A DNA stretch of 59,039 nucleotides, filler included. It is 4 parts of 4 records of this genome, joined end to end, with 100 filler letters (N's around TTAATTAATTAA, not from the genome) between each part and the next. Parts side by side here need not be neighbours in the genome. Positions count along the whole stretch, not along the records: positions 1 to 24,300 come from SRR22947725_481; 3 more parts are not named here. One strand, 5' to 3'. Each line of letters opens with the position of its first letter. The stretch's first letter is position 1. The notes under the pieces are model-generated. The model was not told the DNA's origin. It worked only from the letters and a program-made list of their open reading frames with translations, and did no database searches. The position numbers were made by a program, and so were the translations under genes. This document shows positions 1 to 9,142 of the stretch, piece after piece.

Positions 1-8
1 CCAGAAGA

Positions 9-632
9 ATGATAAATAATAAGGGATTTAAAATAAATGACATTATAGTTGATGATGTAAAAAAGATTATTGAATTAAAAGATTTCAAAAATAAAATATT
101 AATCTCCAGTGGAACCAAAAAAAAAAATATTACAGTTTTACAATGTAACACAGAGTACCCAACTCCGCTCAGGGATGTAAACTTAAAAGCAATGTTGACA
201 ATTAAAAAAAAATTCAGTGTTGATGTTGGATACTCAGATCATACCGAAGGTATAGAGGCATCAATTGTTGCAGCAGCTTTAGGCGCTAAAATAATAGAAA
301 AACACATAACAACAAATAAAAATTTACCTGGACCCGATCACAAAGCTAGCATCACAGAAAAAGAATTAAAAGATTTAATAAGCAAAATTAGAAATGTTGA
401 AACTATTTTGGGCAACGATAAAAAAGAACCTTCTAAAAGTGAAAAAAAAAATATAAAGATTGCTAGAAATTCTTTAGTAGCAAATTCTAAAATTAAAAAG
501 GGTGAAAAATTTACATCGACAAATTTGACAATTAAAAGACCAGGCACAGGTATTTCGCCAATGAATTATTATAAAGTTCTTGGTACAAAAGCAGTCAAAA
601 ATTTTAAAAAAGATGAAATTATTAAAATATGA
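9..632 (+). CDS. neuB: C-terminal half of a nonulosonic acid synthase (NeuB/LegI family) with SAF domain; N-terminus appears foreign (chimeric or deleted)
   Basis: Motifs LQCNTEYPTP, VGYSDHT, IIEKHIT, GPDHKAS and SAF tail KRPGTGISP; only 207 aa and the N-terminal catalytic half is missing. Confidence 0.8.
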   Translation: MINNKGFKINDIIVDDVKKIIELKDFKNKILISSGTKKKNITVLQCNTEYPTPLRDVNLKAMLTIKKKFSVDVGYSDHTEGIEASIVAAALGAKIIEKHITTNKNLPGPDHKASITEKELKDLISKIRNVETILGNDKKEPSKSEKKNIKIARNSLVANSKIKKGEKFTSTNLTIKRPGTGISPMNYYKVLGTKAVKNFKKDEIIKI

Positions 633-1783
633 AGTCAATTTGCTTTGTTACATCATCAAGAGCTGATTTTGGAAGCATCAAGCTATTAATTGATGAAATT
701 ATAAATTTAAAAAAAATAGAGAAAGTTTATTTAATAATTACTGGAAGCCATACCGATAACTTATTTGGAAGTATTTCAGAAATAAGAGTTAGCAAGAAAG
801 TAAAAATTAAAAAAATTAAAATAAATTCTAAAAACAAAGATTCTTTTTCTGTTGCTAAGTCTTTTTCAGAGTCAATTAAAGCTTATACAAATATTTTAAA
901 AAGAATTACACCTGAAGGTATAGTTCTATTAGGTGATAGATATGAAATACTGTCTGCAGCTCTAGCGGCCTACATTTTAAAAATCAATATAATACATTTA
1001 GCTGGTGGAGAAAAAACAATTGGATCTTTAGATGACGGCTTTAGAAATTGTATAACTAAATTAGCTAATCTACATTTTCCCGTAGCAGAGGAGTATAAAA
1101 GAAGAATTATACAGATGGGGGAAAATAAAAAAACTGTTTTTAATTATGGAGGATTACATTATGAAAAAATTCAAAAAACCGCATATCTTTCAAAGGATAA
1201 AATTGAAAAAAAATTTAATTTTCAATTTTTAAAAAAGAATATTTTATTAACTTATCATCCAGATACAATTGATGAAAAAAAAACTATTATCAATTTAAAA
1301 GTCATTCTTAAATGTTTAAAAAAATTAAAAGATACACTTGTATTAATCACTTCACCTAATTCTGACGCTAAAGGCATTGTTATGATAAAAGAAATTAAAT
1401 CATTTATTAAGAAAAATAAGTTAAATAACTTTAAATTTTATAAATCCTTTGGAAGTGAAAATTATTTTTCGATACTAAGATTCTTAAATGGTGTGATTGG
1501 GAATTCATCTAGCGGTATCTCCGAAGTTCCTTTCTTTGGTATCAAAACTATTAATTTAGGTGATAGGCAAGCCGGAAGATTGTTAATGCCTAGCATCATT
1601 AATTGTGGAGTTTCAAAAAAAGAAATTAATGTTGCGCTTAAAAAAATATTTAAAAAAAATAAATTTAATACAAGAAAAAATAAATTATTTTACGGAGATG
1701 GAAATAGTTCAAAAAAAATTGTAAAAAAAATTATAAATTTTAATTTTAAAAAATATAAGAAAAAAGTGTTTGTTGATTTATAA
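629..1783 (+). CDS. neuC: Hydrolysing UDP/GDP-N-acetylhexosamine 2-epimerase (NeuC/LegG family)
   Basis: VTSSRADFG, LGDRYE, HLAGGEKT, GNSSSG, NLGDRQ and YGDGNSS motifs; overlaps the neuB stop (ATGA-type coupling). Confidence 0.9.
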   Translation: MKSICFVTSSRADFGSIKLLIDEIINLKKIEKVYLIITGSHTDNLFGSISEIRVSKKVKIKKIKINSKNKDSFSVAKSFSESIKAYTNILKRITPEGIVLLGDRYEILSAALAAYILKINIIHLAGGEKTIGSLDDGFRNCITKLANLHFPVAEEYKRRIIQMGENKKTVFNYGGLHYEKIQKTAYLSKDKIEKKFNFQFLKKNILLTYHPDTIDEKKTIINLKVILKCLKKLKDTLVLITSPNSDAKGIVMIKEIKSFIKKNKLNNFKFYKSFGSENYFSILRFLNGVIGNSSSGISEVPFFGIKTINLGDRQAGRLLMPSIINCGVSKKEINVALKKIFKKNKFNTRKNKLFYGDGNSSKKIVKKIINFNFKKYKKKVFVDL

Positions 1784-2431
1784 TTAATTAATTTTCTGTT
1801 TAATTTGTCTTTGAAAATTTACTACTGAGTGATTTTCTTTGATTTCACTAATAACTACACTACCCATTCCTACTTTACAGTTTTTTCCAATTTTGATCTT
1901 TTGATGAATATTACTTCCAGAACCTATAAAAGTATTTTCTCCAATTTTACAATTTCCTCCAATACTTGTTTGAGGCATTATTGAAACATAATCATTGATA
2001 ATCGAATTATGACCTATGTCGGTAAAATTTGATATTAAAGAGTAATTTTTTATTGAAACTTCAAAACTTAGATGTACATGATTAAAGATTATATTCCCTA
2101 CACCTATTTTTAAATCTTTTGGTATTATATTTTTAGGATGGATAAGATTTGGTATCTTAAATTTATTTTTAATGATCTCATCGTTATAAATTTTTTTTCT
2201 TTTAAATGGGTCAGTGATGCCACAAATTGCAAAAATATTTTTAGATTTAAATTTTTTACAATTTGAATAAATTTTTACACCATCCAAAATTTTCCCATCT
2301 AGTTTTTTACTAGAGTCAATATAACCCAAAACTTCCCATTTATTATTGCTAAAAAGACTAATCTCTCTAATTAGTTTAAATGTTTCTCTACCTGCAGAAC
2401 CAGCTGTAAAAATTATTATTTTTTTTTTCAC
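1784..2431 (-). CDS. NeuD/PglD-like hexapeptide-repeat sugar N/O-acyltransferase
   Basis: N-terminal Rossmann-like AGSAGRE, PNLIHP, IGHNS and left-handed beta-helix repeats; GTG start. Confidence 0.85.
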   Translation of the reverse strand: MKKKIIIFTAGSAGRETFKLIREISLFSNNKWEVLGYIDSSKKLDGKILDGVKIYSNCKKFKSKNIFAICGITDPFKRKKIYNDEIIKNKFKIPNLIHPKNIIPKDLKIGVGNIIFNHVHLSFEVSIKNYSLISNFTDIGHNSIINDYVSIMPQTSIGGNCKIGENTFIGSGSNIHQKIKIGKNCKVGMGSVVISEIKENHSVVNFQRQIKQKIN

Positions 2432-2434
2432 TTT

Positions 2435-3505
2435 TTAACTATTTGAAGCCGATAACTCTTCTTTAGAAAATATTTCTTTAGCGTCAGCAGGTTTGAAAAT
2501 AGTTTGTCCAGGCATAGTCATAAATTTTGATATAAAATTTTTATCTTCTCCAGCAAGGCAAAGATCACTGTGTTCTCTGAAGTACTTAATTTTAAAACCA
2601 AAATCTATTATTTCCTTTAAAGACTGTTTAAAAATATTTCCGATTTTTATATGAACATATGGACAAACTAAAACATCACCAATTGGGGTTACGTAAACTC
2701 TATTAACCGTCGTGCAACCTAAAATCTTTTCATAATTTTTATCAAATGGATTCCATATGTTTCTTACTAAATTTTTATACTCTTTTCTAATTTTTCTAAG
2801 ATACTCTCTGTCTTTGTCATCGCAAATTATTTCATCCATTTTTTGCCACATCCCTGAAGGTACAGCTACATTTAGAAGGGTTTTATATTTTTTATTTTTT
2901 GAATAATCTAATAATTCCTTAAAATGCTCAGTGTTAGCATTATAGTGGCCAACAGTTATATTTAGATATGGGTCCATACCAGCATCTTTAACATGCTTTA
3001 AGGCTTCAATTGCTCTTCTCCAAGAGTCTTTTCTGCCTCTAATTTCATCATGAATTTTTTCATCCATGCTATCAATACTAACTGAAACTCTGCTAACTTT
3101 ATATTCTGCTAATTTTTTTGCCATTGCCTTATCAAGATAAAATCCATTTGTGGTTAAATACATATAAAATCTCTCTGGCCTTATAGCTTCAAGAACTTCA
3201 AATAACTTTTTAGGTTGCAAAAGCAATTCACCGCCTTGTAAATCAAATTCAAAGTAACCCAATTCATCTGCCTCGTCGGCTAATCTTTTTATTGCGCCAA
3301 TATCTAAATATTCTTTTACATGATCTCCCTTAGGAGAATTAGTAAAGCAATATTTACAACGAAGGTTACAGGCGTTGTTAAAGTTAAGGTCGATACCTCT
3401 AGTTTTTGTGCCTACCTTTCCATCATTTTTTTGAACATAGTCGTAAAAATCTTTTAACTTTTTTACTAATCTAGGCTTATTTAATAAAGAGGAAGCAATT
3501 GGCAT
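2435..3505 (-). CDS. Radical SAM enzyme with SPASM/Twitch-like C-terminal domain
   Basis: CNLRCKYC (CxxxCxxC), QGGE, TTNG, VSIDS and C-terminal GC...GDVLVCPY...IGNI. Confidence 0.9.
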   Translation of the reverse strand: MPIASSLLNKPRLVKKLKDFYDYVQKNDGKVGTKTRGIDLNFNNACNLRCKYCFTNSPKGDHVKEYLDIGAIKRLADEADELGYFEFDLQGGELLLQPKKLFEVLEAIRPERFYMYLTTNGFYLDKAMAKKLAEYKVSRVSVSIDSMDEKIHDEIRGRKDSWRRAIEALKHVKDAGMDPYLNITVGHYNANTEHFKELLDYSKNKKYKTLLNVAVPSGMWQKMDEIICDDKDREYLRKIRKEYKNLVRNIWNPFDKNYEKILGCTTVNRVYVTPIGDVLVCPYVHIKIGNIFKQSLKEIIDFGFKIKYFREHSDLCLAGEDKNFISKFMTMPGQTIFKPADAKEIFSKEELSASNS

Positions 3506-3506
3506 T

Positions 3507-3962
3507 TTAGTTATTTATATTATAATTTTTAATTTCTTCAGGTAATATCAAATTAAATTCAGCCTGGCAAACAGTTTGATCCTTAACAGTTCCACGTCCT
3601 TCAAAAGTAGCCATACCTCTCTTAAAAATTTTCACCTCAGTATTGATTTCTAACTTATCTCCTGGCAAAATTTTTTTTACAAATTTTAATTTATTTGCTG
3701 ATACTAAGTACATTATTTTACCTTTGTTACCAGGCATTGTTAAAATTGACATTGCTGCCATTTGAACTAAAGACTCTATTTGTAACATTCCAGGCATATT
3801 TGGATCTTTAGGCCAATGCACTTTAAAAAACCACTCATCTTCCTTCAAAACTTTGTATCCGTTAGCGTATTTTCCAGGCTCAACCTCAGTTACATAATCT
3901 ATCATTAAATAAGGATCCCTATTTTGCTGGTATTCTAAAATAGCTTTTTTATCTAAAATCAT
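3507..3962 (-). CDS. FabZ-like 3-hydroxyacyl dehydratase (hotdog fold), island paralog
   Basis: NRDPYLMID and FFKVHWPKDPNMPGMLQIESLVQ match the FabZ HFP..P.MPG.L..E..AQ motif. Confidence 0.85.
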   Translation of the reverse strand: MILDKKAILEYQQNRDPYLMIDYVTEVEPGKYANGYKVLKEDEWFFKVHWPKDPNMPGMLQIESLVQMAAMSILTMPGNKGKIMYLVSANKLKFVKKILPGDKLEINTEVKIFKRGMATFEGRGTVKDQTVCQAEFNLILPEEIKNYNINN

Positions 3963-3964
3963 AT

Positions 3965-5149
3965 TTACTTAATATTTACTACCCTGCTTAAAGATTTAAT
4001 TGTATCAAATCCGTCCCAAACTAAATCAAATTCAAAAGCTTGACCAATTTTAACTATTCTGTCAGCTCCTAGCAAATTATTTTTCAAAATCAAATTTTTA
4101 AAATCTTTATTTTGAAAACCAAAATAAGTGATCGTTTGACATTTTTTTGTAATCAACTGAGATATTTCATCTAGTTTTTTTAATTTAATTTGATAAACTA
4201 TTCCACTACTACCTCTTACGTTTTCAATATTTTTAATATTTTTATCTACATCAACAAGATATAAATAGTTTTCAAACATCTTTATTTTTTTTATTAATTT
4301 AATATTCATAATCTTATCTATCAAATTATTATATTTTTTCATAACATGGACATCATCAAATTTGAATTTTTTAGATGCAATTTTGCTGATTTTTTCCCAA
4401 AAATAATTTTCTTGCCCTTTAATAATTTTTCCAATCCAAAATATAAAGTGTGGAGAATTACATGCCATCTGATTCATAGTAAAAACATCATAAAAATATT
4501 TTCTAGCTAAAATATCAATTTCTAACTTGGAAAGTTTATTAAATTTTTCTGCATTAATAACTGATAAAGAATATCTATCTGCAAAATTAATATCAAGACA
4601 TCTTGGTTGTGTATCAATTTTTTTAATTGATTTCACGGTTTTGTCTCCTCCCCAAACAATTCTACAGTCGGATTTAGATGAAATTTTATTTGTAATTTCT
4701 GGATTTTTTTGATGATTATACTCTATAAAAAAATTTGATTTTTTTAATTTTAAATATTTATTTGACTTAAAAATTTTTTTTATTTTTGTGATAATAACAT
4801 TTTTTTCTTTTGATACATTAGAGGATACTTTTATGATATTGGTATTTCCACTCAGCAAACCAAGAATAAAAGAAAACATAAAATTTATTGGTACATTTTT
4901 CGGACATACATGAAAAACAAGACCTCTTCCAATTCTAAATTGATCATTTTTAAATTTTTTTTTAAATTTTAAAATATTTTTTCTGTTGCAAAATAGCATT
5001 AAGGAGAAAAGCTCAGGAGATCGAAAAGTATTTTTGTCCTTTTTAAGCTCAATAGAAAAAGAATCTAGAAAATTTACTGAAATATCAGAGTAAGGTTCCA
5101 ATATCTTTATTCTTAAACTATTTAAAAATTTCAAATTATTTTGTATCAC
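3965..5149 (-). CDS. LuxC-like acyl-CoA reductase
   Basis: GRGLVFHVCPKNVP, WGGDKTV, FADRYS, NQMACNSP (catalytic Cys), DRIVKIG and WDG motifs. Confidence 0.85.
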   Translation of the reverse strand: MIQNNLKFLNSLRIKILEPYSDISVNFLDSFSIELKKDKNTFRSPELFSLMLFCNRKNILKFKKKFKNDQFRIGRGLVFHVCPKNVPINFMFSFILGLLSGNTNIIKVSSNVSKEKNVIITKIKKIFKSNKYLKLKKSNFFIEYNHQKNPEITNKISSKSDCRIVWGGDKTVKSIKKIDTQPRCLDINFADRYSLSVINAEKFNKLSKLEIDILARKYFYDVFTMNQMACNSPHFIFWIGKIIKGQENYFWEKISKIASKKFKFDDVHVMKKYNNLIDKIMNIKLIKKIKMFENYLYLVDVDKNIKNIENVRGSSGIVYQIKLKKLDEISQLITKKCQTITYFGFQNKDFKNLILKNNLLGADRIVKIGQAFEFDLVWDGFDTIKSLSRVVNIK

Positions 5150-6200
5150 TACAACCTCGTACTTCAGCTTCTTTTGATCTACCGTGGACTAAAAAATGCT
5201 TTCCATTTAAACCACATCCACACTTGAAATTTGGATCTACTATTGAACCAATATCTTCAGTAATTATATTATGGCCAGGATAGCTCGATGGTAAAATTGA
5301 AATTAATTGTATTAACCCCTTTTTACCTGGTGGAAGAGTTTTAAAATTTTTATCTCTAATAATAACATCTGAAAATATAGTGTTTACAAAATAACCATAT
5401 TTACACTCGAAGAAAATAGAACCTGTTTGTTCTACTAATCCGTAATAATTTACTACATTTTCGATTAGAAAATTTTTTTTAAGCAGATTTTTAAAAATTT
5501 CGTTAGAAATTTTTTGTTTTTCTAGTTTTTTCCAACCTCCACCATGAATTAGCACTGCATTTTTAAATTTATATTTAGATGAGTCTAAATTATTAAGAAA
5601 ATAATTAAATATAAAAGAAGTAAATCCGAAAATAAAAATTTTTTTAGATGAGTATTTTGTTAAAAACTCATCTAATATTTCATAATTAATTTTATTATTT
5701 TTATCTAAAAGATAATATTTTTTACTAGCTATCAATGAAAAACCATGTACTGCTGCTATACTCGCAGAGAATTCCTTTTTACTGATTTTAGATAGATCCT
5801 TATCAACAATTAACATTGGATGTCTTGTTCTCCCAAACTTATTTGATAATATTTTACTTAAAGCTTTTACTTGATTTTGTGCGTTATTTTTATCTAAGTA
5901 AATTTTAGATCTGTTTGCACCTGATGTTCCGGATGATGAAATCTTTTTAAATGTATCTTTATCTGTAAAACTCTTTAAATCATTAGTTTTAAAAATCTGA
6001 ACAGGTAAAAAGGGTAGGTCTTCTATTTTTTTAATCAGATCTGAAGAAAAAGTTAATCGAATAAAATTACTATACTTTTGACAATTTTTTTTGTGAAAAT
6101 CTGTTAAGGATTTTATCATGTTAAAAAATTTTTTCTTATGCTCAAAATTTTGAGTCTCAAAAACATCATTTCTATCTAAAAAATTTTCAATATTATCCAT
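5136..6200 (-). CDS. LuxE-like acyl-protein synthetase
   Basis: LPFLPVQIFK, SSSGTSG, HGGGWK, YYGLVEQ, SYPGH.IITEDIG and C-terminal GRSKEAEVRGCS (acylated Cys). Confidence 0.88.
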   Translation of the reverse strand: MDNIENFLDRNDVFETQNFEHKKKFFNMIKSLTDFHKKNCQKYSNFIRLTFSSDLIKKIEDLPFLPVQIFKTNDLKSFTDKDTFKKISSSGTSGANRSKIYLDKNNAQNQVKALSKILSNKFGRTRHPMLIVDKDLSKISKKEFSASIAAVHGFSLIASKKYYLLDKNNKINYEILDEFLTKYSSKKIFIFGFTSFIFNYFLNNLDSSKYKFKNAVLIHGGGWKKLEKQKISNEIFKNLLKKNFLIENVVNYYGLVEQTGSIFFECKYGYFVNTIFSDVIIRDKNFKTLPPGKKGLIQLISILPSSYPGHNIITEDIGSIVDPNFKCGCGLNGKHFLVHGRSKEAEVRGCSDTK

Positions 6201-7581
6201 AATTAATTAGTCTAGTTAAACTCACCTTCCCTCGAGAATTTCTAGGAAATTTTATTACCTTCACTATTTTGAAAAAATTTTTATTTAATTTAAATTCAGA
6301 AAAAAGAAGACTTATGATCTGATTTTGATTTTTATTAGAAGTTGTGAAAATAATAATTTTCCCTTTTTTTTCGACTATCTCAGAAAAAATTTTCCGTTTT
6401 GATAAGAAATTTTTAATTTCATTCGAATTAATTCTATAACCAGCTACTTTTAGAAAGTTATCTTTTCTACCAACCAAAAAATAATAACCTTGTTTATCCT
6501 TCCAAGCAAAATCCCCAGTTTCTAAAATCTTTTTTTTATTAGATTTTTTATCTAAGTCATTTTTACTTGAGCTATAACCCATGAAAACATTCTTACCCGA
6601 ATAAATAATTTCACCAATTTTTTGATTTTCTTTTTTTTTAAGCATCATTTTTCCACCTGGGATTACTTTTCCGATACTGCCTATCTTTTCTTTTGCTTTT
6701 GAGAAGGGCAAGTAGCTTATCCTCGGTGAAGCTTCCGTTTGACCATACATTTGAATAAATTTTATTTTTTTTATTTTACATGTTTCTAAAAAAAAATTAA
6801 TTTCTTCAGGCTTCAACGAGCCACCGGCTTGTGTTAAATATTTTAAGTATCTAAAATTCATTTTATCAAATTTTAGTTTTTTTAAGATTTCATAATGAAG
6901 TGGTACTCCGCCAAAACTTATAATTTTATTATTATTTAATTTTTCCCAAAATTTTTTTTCAAAAAAACTTAGCTTATTGATAACTATCTTTGATCCTTTA
7001 ACAAAATGAGAATTAATAATTGATAATCCATAACTATAACTTGGTGTCATAGTTGTTATTGTTGTATGAGTATGGTCAATTTTAAGATACTTAGAAATAT
7101 TTAGGGCATTATCATAAATATTTTCATAGCTTAATTTTACAAATTTAGAAGAGCCCGTGCTTCCTGAGGTTGACAACATAACAGCAAGATCTTCATTAAT
7201 AGTATTTTTAATTTTTGATACTTTTATTAGAAAAAAATTATAGTAATTAATCCTTTCATGTTTTGGAAGTATCTTTAAATTTTCAAAAGGTAAAAAAACA
7301 TAATTTGGTTTATACAGATTAATTATTTCACTTATATTATTTGAATTGGTATTTTCATCAATTAAAATAATTGGAACATTTCGTTTTAAGGCAAAGAAAT
7401 ATATTTCAAAAAAACCTAAAGTGTTATTTGCTGCAATTAAAATTAAATCTCCTTTACTTATAAAGTTTAATTTTTCCTCAGCCCTAGACAACAAATATTT
7501 ATATTTTATTTTTTTATTTTCAGTAATCAAAAAAATATTATTTGAAAATCTTTTTATATTTTTATTTATTATATTTTTCAC
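6193..7581 (-). CDS. AMP-binding adenylation enzyme (acyl-CoA/acyl-carrier ligase)
   Basis: STSGSTGSSKFV, YSYGL, QAGG, MYGQTEA, TGD and GRKD motifs. Confidence 0.9.
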   Translation of the reverse strand: MKNIINKNIKRFSNNIFLITENKKIKYKYLLSRAEEKLNFISKGDLILIAANNTLGFFEIYFFALKRNVPIILIDENTNSNNISEIINLYKPNYVFLPFENLKILPKHERINYYNFFLIKVSKIKNTINEDLAVMLSTSGSTGSSKFVKLSYENIYDNALNISKYLKIDHTHTTITTMTPSYSYGLSIINSHFVKGSKIVINKLSFFEKKFWEKLNNNKIISFGGVPLHYEILKKLKFDKMNFRYLKYLTQAGGSLKPEEINFFLETCKIKKIKFIQMYGQTEASPRISYLPFSKAKEKIGSIGKVIPGGKMMLKKKENQKIGEIIYSGKNVFMGYSSSKNDLDKKSNKKKILETGDFAWKDKQGYYFLVGRKDNFLKVAGYRINSNEIKNFLSKRKIFSEIVEKKGKIIIFTTSNKNQNQIISLLFSEFKLNKNFFKIVKVIKFPRNSRGKVSLTRLINYG

Positions 7582-8305
7582 TTTTATATTTGATTTTTTT
7601 AATCATGATTTTAGCTAACTCAAAATCTGATTGTGTATCGATATCTAAAAAAAATTGATTGGTTATGTATGGTATTACGGATTTTCCATGAGTTTTTTTG
7701 TTTTCAATTAAAAATTTAGTGTTAAGAATATCAATTAAACCATTTGGTATATAAGTCTTAGTGTAGCTTTGTCTGGGCTTATTAAGTTTATTTAGATCAA
7801 AATCTTTCTTGATAATAGAGCATAATTTATTATTAATAATTCTCATTGTTTTATAAGATGGTTGAGACATTTCAGACACAGATCTCATTGAGGAATTTTT
7901 TTTCTTATTTTTTAAGAAAAATCTTATTCCTTTCTCAATTACTTTATTTAATCTTAATGGAACTGTTGGACTTAAATGAGCAATATAATTTGGTAGCTTA
8001 ATTTTTTTCTGTCGAAAAAAATTTATAAAATACATATATAATTCATTATCAGTAGATTTATCATGAGAAATTTTTTTTGGTCTGATAAAAGGAATTTCTG
8101 CTCCAAATTTTTTTCCTATTTTTGCATACTTTTTTGAGTCTGTTAAAAGAAAAATTCTTTCAAAAGAATTTGAGAATTTCGCAGAATTTATTGTATGAGC
8201 TAAAAGAGGAAGACCATCAAAATTTTTGATATTCTTATTTTTCACAGATTTAGAACCAGATCTTGCTGGTACTACAGCCCAAATTTTTAACTTGCTATTT
8301 TTCAT
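7562..8305 (-). CDS. Acylneuraminate (nonulosonate) cytidylyltransferase, copy 1
   Basis: VPARSGSKSVKNKN, PFIRP, LSPTVPLR, PNG and DIDTQSDF motifs. Confidence 0.9.
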   Translation of the reverse strand: MKNSKLKIWAVVPARSGSKSVKNKNIKNFDGLPLLAHTINSAKFSNSFERIFLLTDSKKYAKIGKKFGAEIPFIRPKKISHDKSTDNELYMYFINFFRQKKIKLPNYIAHLSPTVPLRLNKVIEKGIRFFLKNKKKNSSMRSVSEMSQPSYKTMRIINNKLCSIIKKDFDLNKLNKPRQSYTKTYIPNGLIDILNTKFLIENKKTHGKSVIPYITNQFFLDIDTQSDFELAKIMIKKIKYKSEKYNK

Positions 8306-8315
8306 ATAACATTTA

Positions 8316-8332
8316 TGTTCAATTATTGAACA
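8316..8332. promoter_or_regulatory. Palindromic operator candidate TGTTCAATTATTGAACA
   Basis: Perfect 8-bp inverted arms around one central base, in the 60-bp divergent intergenic region; the same motif recurs at 12842 and 14194. Confidence 0.7.
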
Positions 8333-8365
8333 CTATTAAATTTTTTAAACAATTACAAATTTTTT

Positions 8366-9142
8366 ATGAAGCATCCGAAGCATTTAAATTTAGCACAAAT
8401 CAAAAAATACTTTATAAAACATGGTCTTAAATCTGTTGTTGTCGAATTTGAAAGATCAACTAAAAAAAATTCTGTAAGCACTTACCCACCAGACTTAAAC
8501 GATTTATACAGATTACATAGTTCAATTATTCTTAATAAGAGGTTGTGCACTCTAGAATTTGGATCTGGGTGGTCTTCAGTTGTAATAAACCACGCACTTA
8601 AAATAAATAAAAAAAATTATGAGAATATAGTTAAAAAGAAAAAACTGAGATTCCCAAAAGCCTTTCAACATTTTGCAATAGAAAATGAAAAAAAATATCT
8701 CAATATTTCCAAAGGTAGAGTAGAAAAATATTTTAGAAAAAACGATGTAAAATTTTTTTATTCAAAAAATATAATGACAACTTACAACGGAATTATTTGC
8801 AATGAATATGAAAGTTTACCTGCAATTAATCCAGATTTCGTATACTTAGACGGACCAGATCAATTCAACATTTTTAAAAAAAAAAATAATATTACAATAG
8901 CAAGGCAAGACATGATGCCAATGAATTGTGATCTACTTAAATTAGAATTTTTTTTAACACCTGGAACAATTATAGTTATCGATGGCAGAGGTGCAAATGC
9001 TCAATTTTTAAAATATAATTTTAAAAGAAAATGGAAATATGAATTTAAAAAAAAATATGATCAACATATTTTTGAATTACAAGAACAAGCTTTAGGAGAA
9101 TTTAATTCAAGTCAATTAAGCTTCTATAAAAAATCTTTTTAA
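8366..9142 (+). CDS. Putative class I SAM-dependent methyltransferase-like protein
   Basis: LEFGSGWSS (motif I), DFVYLDGP and LTPGTIIVID. Confidence 0.6.
   Translation: MKHPKHLNLAQIKKYFIKHGLKSVVVEFERSTKKNSVSTYPPDLNDLYRLHSSIILNKRLCTLEFGSGWSSVVINHALKINKKNYENIVKKKKLRFPKAFQHFAIENEKKYLNISKGRVEKYFRKNDVKFFYSKNIMTTYNGIICNEYESLPAINPDFVYLDGPDQFNIFKKKNNITIARQDMMPMNCDLLKLEFFLTPGTIIVIDGRGANAQFLKYNFKRKWKYEFKKKYDQHIFELQEQALGEFNSSQLSFYKKSF

Noticed and set aside
3965-6200. luxC/luxE as a bioluminescence operon
   Set aside because: No luxA, luxB, luxD or luxG; embedded in a glycan locus, where such paralogs have precedent
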